Origin: a virus
Lineage: Duplodnaviria > Caudoviricetes
Virus record (IMG/VR): IMGVR_UViG_3300017788_000016
Coordinates: 1,372 to 65,371 of that record
Strand: one strand, 5' to 3'
DNA length: 64,000 nt
Below, piece after piece: positions 58,001-64,000 of the stretch; the stretch's first letter is position 1; every line of letters begins with the position of its first letter. The notes beneath the pieces are model-generated. The model saw only the letters and a list, made by a program, of their open reading frames with translations, made no database searches and had not been told where the DNA came from. Both the position numbers and the translations under genes were made by a program.

Positions 58001-58216
58001 CTAACCCACAAAATCACTGAGGGCGAGTTTTCTACAGACGTAAGATTTGCTCCATTTGATGCCTATGGTCGTTATGATTCCTTTGTAAACAGGGTGTTCA
58101 ATGCTCGGCAGATTCTTGCAAGCATAGAAACCGAACAAAGAGAGGCTCAGGCAGATGGCGGGGCCTCTGCACCTGGCGGGCTTCCAACCACCATCACAAG
58201 AGACTCTGGTCGCTAA
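55067..58216 (+). CDS. baseplate hub protein (gp27/late-control-D-like)
   Basis: Follows the gp53-like gene; LIEYGWSHP; C-terminal LTMQTMGCPLF..QQFFVDF.TGTSADNIYGITGLTHKI..GEFSTDVRF; ATG 55067 preferred as start. Confidence 0.7.
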   Translation: MPSREQKLQRAVNTLTKYFGLHNAVSLAAAIVNEQQRGTGTVGVGGTGLTTAQQSQLASVEGTSGASESSAEISPDTVMSEIITLMIDTSEGSFTALELARRIARQMENASEETKSRVRQLIQFYGTTDDSFRTIQNPTNPDDLVTVNDMLSYAEGQGATINGNQTSPPSKEKPGLSILFSNSKRVSQVSRHSNAVTIFMNGIPTIEIAKAVPYLNIDFLFARPPVSEDNRLQTPSLLKFLNGADQIPSSNTPGEVKPYRSLALGNQITQEVTVDRQTTQEPFALAGMEMFTSPQTLVNANEVDREENRSNPVLDKFRPFMTIKDFEVNIVGTTGLANYKTGKLTVILHDRSRLADVADFVRPDLYGRTELLIEYGWSHPDGENSSIENPYGDLINGMRCSEKYGVRNSSYTFDEAGQVIITLDLYMRGGVDTSTELISSDDESIGDALRAVEELQQTISEIRQRSFQQGTRTREVRGIQILDAAQDALAHSILSSDLRTELRTFRRTLTTSATTPDVSRLRQSLEDLFGTEQELGASRRSGTTAQGAVGQVRATVLGSVTRKVQRISQYQPDPFLIENYPPGAPTPGSSRQVVGLRGVAARQQTRYRENFGTEVAPGAKASLATLLLHFIGEPLANTRKFDDVQLIFYPFNTRAGYAANLNIGNFEVDLSYFSQEFARLRLANISRSSNMNLREFMNFVGQALLDDPAARSYGLFSTEGAFYREVYEEGNVRSTEAVDEVPRLQQRTQERLRGVTPDGTFDMPQIEFYLECLPEKIATEDGQDSHVGQAKSILRLHIYDRKSTSYESLGSLLASAREGEMAAVGRIPGGQQGNPNVTAASAQDQTAFIETAERYNLIEAIEGTDPPMYRINGGPRKLKKFLYRTMPYMIYGAAGSLIKAANVSSQQNPELATINMLRSFRRSELQPNGELPGGLPMRIIPTELTMQTMGCPLFVYTQQFFVDFQTGTSADNIYGITGLTHKITEGEFSTDVRFAPFDAYGRYDSFVNRVFNARQILASIETEQREAQADGGASAPGGLPTTITRDSGR

Positions 58217-58284
58217 GGGCTGAATTCGACCCATGGCCACGGTGTATTTCCTTTAATTCGCAAGCCAGTGTAGCATATGCTTAA

Positions 58285-59766
58285 GTGAGCATGGCAAAAT
58301 TCGTCATCACTACCCGCCTCTTTGAGGCGTATACTGACAAAAATTCGGACGAAAACCTTAAGGGTCGTTCTGAACTATTGGCATGGGATGGTCGTTCACT
58401 TCGAACCATTAACGGCGACAAGTGGTACTGGGCCTCAGAGTGCAAGGACCCTTCCTACTGGAAATTTGTACATGAGGGCGAACTTGAGACCCTTGGAGAC
58501 CTAGGTAAGGTTGCTCGCACATTCCATTTTACGGTACCAGACCTAGTACCTGAGAAGTATATGAAGGCACGGGCGAAGTTGGCCGAAAATGTCATAAACG
58601 CCAAGTGGAGGCTACTTTTAGACTCGAAACAGCTTGCTCGCTTCATGCCTCCGAAGATATACTGGAAGTCCTATATGGACTTCTGTAAGAAGTTGAGTGA
58701 TGAGTTGGATAGGTGCTCCCTCGAATATTATAACAGTCTGGAAATGCCGTCTTTCACGTTCTCCAAGATTGATCTCAAGGCCTATCGTGAATTGATGGCT
58801 GATCCAAACACTGTTAACAAAGCAGTCTTGAAATCGTTCAATCTTTGGGCCAATGCCTCGGAGGAAGCTCTTGAGGCTCACCTCGATCCCGTGACCTACA
58901 CAAGAGAAAAGACCAGAACAGGGAGATTGGTGGTCGATAGCGGACCAAACATCCTTACTCTTAAGAAGGAGTATCGAAAACTCTTCAAGTCCTTTCATGG
59001 AAAGGAAGGTAAAATCTGGTCTTTCGATTACACCTCTCTGGAGCCTAGAGTTCTGCTTCTCTTGGGTAGAGCAATTAAGAAGCATCCTGATTCTACTCCC
59101 CTAATTGGTAGCCTTCCACGCGACACAATGGCACAGGACCTTCCTCAGGACATTTACCTCAAGGTTTTGGAGGACTTAGGGTTATCTGGTAAGATTCCGA
59201 GGAATATCGCCAAAACCGCCATCCTGGCAACCCTTTATGGACAAAGCGAGTACAATGCCTCCAAGGCTCTGAAAAACCACATTTCCAAACCTGAGGACTT
59301 CCTTGCGGCCATCTCCGACTACTTCGGGGTGGAGGCCCTACAGAAAAGTCTGGCTAGGGATTTGGTGTATTCAAACAGGAATCAGATCAAGAGCTACTAC
59401 GGGAGAATCATCCCCTGCGAGGACACGAGGCCCACATCGCTTTTAAACTATTACGTTCAGGCCACAGCGGTTGACGTGGCCCTCAAGGGGTTTTGTAAAA
59501 TCCTAAACCGTTTAAACAATGAAGGTCTCTATGCTAGTGTTAGTCCAAAGTTCTGTCTGCATGATGCTCTGGTCATGGACATTAACAACGAATACGACTA
59601 CCTGATCCCCCAAATAGAGAACGTGGGCTCCAAGAGAATCCCCGGCTTCGATGGTGCCAACTTCTTCCTGAGGGTACAGGAATTCGTGCCCTCCACTTCC
59701 ACTCCCTCTCAGGAGGAGGAAGAAAAGGAAGTCTCTGAGTCTATCACTGAGGATGCACATGTTTGA
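58285..59766 (+). CDS. family A DNA polymerase-like protein (polymerase domain only)
   Basis: TRTGRL, GPNILTL, motif A FDYTSLEPRVL, motif B RNIAKTAILATLYG, NYYVQATAVD, motif C LHDAL. Confidence 0.8.
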   Translation: MSMAKFVITTRLFEAYTDKNSDENLKGRSELLAWDGRSLRTINGDKWYWASECKDPSYWKFVHEGELETLGDLGKVARTFHFTVPDLVPEKYMKARAKLAENVINAKWRLLLDSKQLARFMPPKIYWKSYMDFCKKLSDELDRCSLEYYNSLEMPSFTFSKIDLKAYRELMADPNTVNKAVLKSFNLWANASEEALEAHLDPVTYTREKTRTGRLVVDSGPNILTLKKEYRKLFKSFHGKEGKIWSFDYTSLEPRVLLLLGRAIKKHPDSTPLIGSLPRDTMAQDLPQDIYLKVLEDLGLSGKIPRNIAKTAILATLYGQSEYNASKALKNHISKPEDFLAAISDYFGVEALQKSLARDLVYSNRNQIKSYYGRIIPCEDTRPTSLLNYYVQATAVDVALKGFCKILNRLNNEGLYASVSPKFCLHDALVMDINNEYDYLIPQIENVGSKRIPGFDGANFFLRVQEFVPSTSTPSQEEEEKEVSESITEDAHV

Positions 59767-60103
59767 AAAAGGCGACTTTACAAAGAAGAAGCTCGAGAAT
59801 AGACGCAAGCAGCAATGCTATGACTTGTTCAAGAAGCTCAGGGCAGCCCGAGATTCAGGGGAAACTGTCTATTTCAACGCCGCTCATCCAGACACCACCA
59901 AGGTAATTCGCTGGAAAACCGTACACTCAGATGAGGCTTCACGTTTTTCTGTTTGCCTATATCGAAGGCAAGTGGTCGTTTTGGATGAATGGGCTGAAAA
60001 GGATGGTAAGTTTCACACTAGGGCAAACGGCCCAATTTGCGCCTCACATCTAGAAGATTTCGGGTTCTGTATACCAGCTAGTAGCCAAAAGAAAGAAGAG
60101 TAA
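59753..60103 (+). CDS. hypothetical protein
   Basis: 116 aa overlapping the polymerase stop; GAGGA RBS. Confidence 0.55.
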   Translation: MHMFEKGDFTKKKLENRRKQQCYDLFKKLRAARDSGETVYFNAAHPDTTKVIRWKTVHSDEASRFSVCLYRRQVVVLDEWAEKDGKFHTRANGPICASHLEDFGFCIPASSQKKEE

Positions 60104-60105
60104 AC

Positions 60106-60762
60106 ATGTCAAACTGGAAAAACAACAACGCTTCCCAACAGAAGGAAGACAGCGCCGCCCTTATCACCAAGATCAATGAGAATTGGGGTAAGTTCTCCTC
60201 AATTGTTGGTCGCATCGAGAACACTGAGGTAAGAGAAGGAGCACTCAAACTCTGTGACGACCTCCATGATCGTATGGCCGTGTGCCCGGCCTCCACGAGG
60301 ACTGAGTATGTGGGATGCTTCACTGGTGGTTTGATTTGGCACTCTCTCAACGTTCTCAAGATTCTTAAGGGGATGCGTGAGTCCCTGGAGCTTCAGGATG
60401 ATGTTCACGCCGACTCCCTTATCATCATGGGCCTCTTCCATGACATTGGTAAGATCGGAAACACCAAGGAGGACTACTACCTTCCTCAGACCTCCGACTG
60501 GCACCGCAACAAGGGAATGCTATTTGAGCTTAACACCGAGTTGAGTGCAATGCCCGTTTCCACCCGCTCCTTGTGGTGGCTCAATCAGTACAACATTCCC
60601 CTGAGCGAGAATGAGGTCCACGCCATGGTTTCTCTTGCAAAGACACCGGGCGAGAACATCTCCTTCAACCCCTCTCTCAAGGATCCATGGGAAGCTTTCA
60701 TGCTTCAAACGGCCGTGCGAGGAGCATGCCTTAAGGGACACGGAGTTACCTCGGTTTACTGA
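60106..60762 (+). CDS. HD-domain phosphohydrolase (YhaM-like HD)
   Basis: CPASTR...GGLIWHSLNV...GLFHDIGKIG. Confidence 0.8.
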   Translation: MSNWKNNNASQQKEDSAALITKINENWGKFSSIVGRIENTEVREGALKLCDDLHDRMAVCPASTRTEYVGCFTGGLIWHSLNVLKILKGMRESLELQDDVHADSLIIMGLFHDIGKIGNTKEDYYLPQTSDWHRNKGMLFELNTELSAMPVSTRSLWWLNQYNIPLSENEVHAMVSLAKTPGENISFNPSLKDPWEAFMLQTAVRGACLKGHGVTSVY

Positions 60763-60831
60763 CCTTTCAGGCCTAGGGTGGCCGTTTTTTCTGGTTCTGG
60801 AACCTACTTACTTGCTAGAGGAACGAAACCT

Positions 60832-61491
60832 ATGAAGATCACGGCCACTAAGCTTAGTGAAATCATCAAAGAGCAAGTGAAAAAGATTGTCTCGGAGGCT
60901 CCCGTAAAGAAGCCAGATCCCCTGGAGGCCGCAAAGGCTCTCCTGGCCGACATGCAGAAGGCACTTGTGTCTGGTGACCTTAAGGCCGTGAGCGATGAAA
61001 AGCTCGACAGCCTTCGCTCGGCAATGAGAAGTGCTCGTGCAAAGAGTGCTGCCGCAAGTCGTTCCCCTGAGAAGAAAGCAGCAGCTTCAAAGAAGGGCGC
61101 CGAAACAAGAGCCACTCGTAAGGGCGAGCGTGATGAATTCATGCAGAACTACAAGATCGAGCAGGAACGCAGAGAGGCAGCCCTGGCTGACCGCCGGAAC
61201 AAGGGTCTTCTTCCCTTGGTTGTCATTGCTCACAATGGTGAGCCAAATAAGAAGTTCTATGATATGATGACGAATCACGTTATGGGACCAGATGGCTTTT
61301 CACTTCCCAAGTTCGCTCTAAAAGATGAATTTGTAAATCGAAAGTTCAACCCAGCCACGAGGGATATGATTGTCAATGGTGCAGAATCAATCTTTGATCC
61401 TGAACTGATGGACCACACGGGAAGGGGCGTTCGACGCAGCCCAGCCCTGCGTGGATCGACCTCTGGTCTCTCCGGTGGATGGAATTCATAA
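60832..61491 (+). CDS. hypothetical basic protein, possible head protein
   Basis: TACTTA at 60805 and GAGGA RBS; MKITATKLSEIIKEQVKKIVSE leader. Confidence 0.65.
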   Translation: MKITATKLSEIIKEQVKKIVSEAPVKKPDPLEAAKALLADMQKALVSGDLKAVSDEKLDSLRSAMRSARAKSAAASRSPEKKAAASKKGAETRATRKGERDEFMQNYKIEQERREAALADRRNKGLLPLVVIAHNGEPNKKFYDMMTNHVMGPDGFSLPKFALKDEFVNRKFNPATRDMIVNGAESIFDPELMDHTGRGVRRSPALRGSTSGLSGGWNS

Positions 61492-62783
61492 CCTATCATA
61501 GGCCTATGACGACTACTAGCAAAACAGACAAACAGCCCAAACCGAAGAAGAAAAAGTCCATGCCGACTCCAACGCCTGAACAAACACAGGCAGCGGAGTC
61601 AATGGTGTTGACTGGTGATTGTCTTACGGTTGTGGCCTCAATGCCCTCGGATTCCTTTGACTCCATTGTCACGGATCCGCCCTATGGGCTTTCCTTCATG
61701 GGCAAGGCCTGGGATCATCAAGTCCCGGATTCCTCCTATTGGAAAGAGTTTCTAAGAGTGGCAAAGCCAGGAGCACACCTTGTGGCCTTTGGCGGGACGC
61801 GAACGTGGCACCGGCTTGCCTGCGCCATCGAGGATGCAGGATGGGAGTTGAGGGACACGCTGTCTTGGATGTACGGGCAAGGGTTCCCGAAGTCTCTCGA
61901 CGTGAGCAAGGCGATTGACAAGGCGGCGGGGGCAGAGCGAACAGAAGTTATCGGCAAGCGACACCGCAACGTAAAGCCGTTTGATGACGACAACGGTTGG
62001 AACGCTAACGGAACTACTGGCGACCACGCCTACACCGCCCCCGCCACCGACGCCGCCCGCCAGTGGTCCGGCTGGGGCACCGCGCTCAAGCCCGCGTGGG
62101 AGCCGATCATCGTCGCCCGCAAGCCGCTCTGCGGCACCGTCGCGGAGAACGTGCTGCGCTACGGCACGGGCGGGATCAACGTGGATGGGTGCAGGGTGGG
62201 GACGGAGGCGGTGACAATCAACACATGGAATGATGGCGCAAAGCCATTTGGCGGGGGTGCGGGGCATGAATACACGGGCCGCACCGTGCAAGGCCGCTGG
62301 CCCGCGAACGTCGTGCTTGACGCGGAGGCAGCCCAGGCGCTGGATGAACAAACTGGCACACTTACTTCTGGAAAGGTGACCAAGACCTACACCAGAATAA
62401 CGCGGAATAGCGTTGCCCTGGGTACAAAGGAAAGAAACCTGTCTCCAAACAATGTGTATTCTGACTCCGGTGGAGCCTCTCGTTTCTTCTATGTCGCCAA
62501 GGCCTCTACCGCAGAGAGAACCCATGGTGGCAATGTTCAAAACACTCACCCTACTGTGAAGCCCGTTGCCCTAATGCGCTGGCTTTCTAAACTCATAACC
62601 CCACCAGGTGGCAAGGTACTTGAACCCTTCGCAGGAAGTGGTACCACCATCGTTGCCTGTCTTGAGGAGGGTTTCGAATGCCTGGGCGTGGAGCAAAGCA
62701 CTGAGAATGCAGCCATCGCCAAGGCTCGTGTGGCTCTCACTTTGGCACAGCAATCGGCCCCTCGCTCCAAAGGGAAAATATAG
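61479..62783 (+). CDS. DNA N6-adenine/N4-cytosine methyltransferase (beta class)
   Basis: GDCL...IVTDPPYG, GFPKS, HPTVKP, VLEPFAGSGTT; true start may be a downstream ATG. Confidence 0.9.
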   Translation: MEFITYHRPMTTTSKTDKQPKPKKKKSMPTPTPEQTQAAESMVLTGDCLTVVASMPSDSFDSIVTDPPYGLSFMGKAWDHQVPDSSYWKEFLRVAKPGAHLVAFGGTRTWHRLACAIEDAGWELRDTLSWMYGQGFPKSLDVSKAIDKAAGAERTEVIGKRHRNVKPFDDDNGWNANGTTGDHAYTAPATDAARQWSGWGTALKPAWEPIIVARKPLCGTVAENVLRYGTGGINVDGCRVGTEAVTINTWNDGAKPFGGGAGHEYTGRTVQGRWPANVVLDAEAAQALDEQTGTLTSGKVTKTYTRITRNSVALGTKERNLSPNNVYSDSGGASRFFYVAKASTAERTHGGNVQNTHPTVKPVALMRWLSKLITPPGGKVLEPFAGSGTTIVACLEEGFECLGVEQSTENAAIAKARVALTLAQQSAPRSKGKI

Positions 62784-62972
62784 CATTTTCCCTGGGAAAA
62801 CTAGGGAAAAATTCGACACTGACGAGCGTCTCTCGTAATGAATTTAAGAGACAACTCTGGTTGGTGTAACATATTTAGAGTACAGAGGTTCCATGAGGGC
62901 TCCACTCCAATAATGGACAAAAGCCCACTTTTTCCTCTGTTTTAAAGACCCTTCGGGGCAAGTAGGTAAGAC

Positions 62973-63824
62973 ATGTCATATAATCTGAACGCAATCAAGA
63001 GCAAGATCGAACAGCTTTCTGGTGCGAAGAACAAAAAGAGCGGCGATGGTGGAAACCGTGCAAGGATCAACTGGTTTAAGCCAGGTCTAGGTCAGCACGA
63101 CGTGAGATTCCTCCCCTACCAGGATGCAAACGGTCAGCCTTTCCAGGAGGTTGCCTACTACGATAGCAAGCTCCTTAGCGAGATGCGTTTCGTTGCACCC
63201 ACGCAGTTTGGTATGAAGGATCCCGTGTTCGAGCTTCTGACCGAGCTCAAAAAGGACCGTAGCAAGGAGGCTTGGAGCCTTTGGAAGAACCTCACTCCCC
63301 GTGAGCGTTACTATGCTCCCATCATCGTAAGAGGTGAGGAGGAGAAGGGCGTTCAAATCTGGGAGTTGAATGGTCGCCTTGTCAAGGACATTTACAGCAT
63401 CCTAGCCCACCCGGACTACAAGGATGAGAACCTCATGGACCCTGAGAAGGGCTATGACTTCACCGTGATGGTGAGCCCAACCGACAAGACCTTCAATGGC
63501 AATGCGGTCAAGGAGATCAAGCTCCAGCCACGTCGCAAGCCCTCGCCCCTGGCCGAGAAGGATGCCGACAGAGAGAAGTTCATCGCTGGCATTCCTAACC
63601 TTGAGGCCTACTTCAAGGCTCAGGTGAAGACCGATGAGCAGATGGCAACCATGCTTGAGAACTTCCTCAACAGCAGCGACACCGGATCGGGCGTGGAGGT
63701 CGTCTCCACGACTTCCCTCGAGACCACCGAAAGTCAGACAAAGACGCCTGCGGCTTCCACGGAGAATTCTCCAAAGGTGAAGAAGGCCCGCAAGAGCATT
63801 GACGATGCCTTTGACGACCTGTGA
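62973..63824 (+). CDS. single-stranded DNA-binding protein (T4 gp32-like)
   Basis: WFKP...VRFLP...RYYAPIIVRGEEEKGVQIW...DPEKGYDF; acidic tail IDDAFDDL. Confidence 0.85.
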   Translation: MSYNLNAIKSKIEQLSGAKNKKSGDGGNRARINWFKPGLGQHDVRFLPYQDANGQPFQEVAYYDSKLLSEMRFVAPTQFGMKDPVFELLTELKKDRSKEAWSLWKNLTPRERYYAPIIVRGEEEKGVQIWELNGRLVKDIYSILAHPDYKDENLMDPEKGYDFTVMVSPTDKTFNGNAVKEIKLQPRRKPSPLAEKDADREKFIAGIPNLEAYFKAQVKTDEQMATMLENFLNSSDTGSGVEVVSTTSLETTESQTKTPAASTENSPKVKKARKSIDDAFDDL

Positions 63825-63905
63825 GTCATTTCCCCTGAATTCAGGGGACAAATGAAGAAGTAAGCACGCCTCCGAGTCATTTGGAGGTATCACGAGACCT
63901 GAACG

Positions 63906-63931
63906 GAGCCACGAGCAATTGTGGCTCTTTT
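63906..63931 (+). terminator. probable intrinsic terminator
   Basis: GAGCCACGA-GCAA-TTGTGGCTC followed by TTTT. Confidence 0.7.
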
Positions 63932-64000
63932 CATTTCCACCGTCAACTGCTTTAAAGCACATAGCAAGACAGAGTATGATTTGAGTTCGATAGAGGTTCC

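Noticed and set aside
33762-58216. Extracellular contractile injection system or tailocin
   Set aside because: Portal, protease, scaffold, capsid and replication genes show this is a phage
1-64000. CRISPR array, tRNA or rRNA genes, diversity-generating retroelement
   Set aside because: No regularly spaced repeats, cloverleaf, reverse transcriptase or adenine-specific TR/VR pair was noticed by eye; a dedicated scan was not possible
1-64000. Stop-codon reassignment
   Set aside because: Conserved genes are full length in code 11, and TAA, TAG and TGA all act as stops at expected ends

Overview
This window is a 64 kb segment of a large T4-superfamily-like (probably jumbo) myophage genome, about 50% GC, standard genetic code. 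It holds most of the morphogenesis module: portal (two inteins), prohead protease, acidic scaffold, major capsid protein, two neck proteins, a tail terminator-like protein, two tandem tail sheaths, tail tube, a tail chaperone with a likely +1 frameshift, tape measure and baseplate proteins. It also encodes a phage chaperonin (GroEL), three free-standing GIY-YIG endonucleases, Dps- and GapR-like proteins, an RNA ligase, HAD, NUDIX and HD enzymes, a kinase-like protein, two DNA methyltransferases, a PolA-family polymerase domain and a gp32-like SSB. Most striking observation: GroEL carries a ~44-aa insertion matching the clip segment of this phage's own portal ([11 protein letters not shown] identical, with synonymous codon differences only), and a small stand-alone ORF in the same gene run looks like a third, diverged clip copy. 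This suggests a possibly undescribed portal-clip/chaperonin system. The same GroEL is split at its GDGTTT ATP-binding motif by a Pro1 class-3-type intein. Two promoter classes are visible (TAnTTA, late-like; GTGCTATACT, early-like). A Cys-rich vWA lipoprotein hints at a Myxococcota-like host. No tRNA, rRNA or CRISPR array was recognised. All family assignments come from motif recognition by eye; no searches were run.
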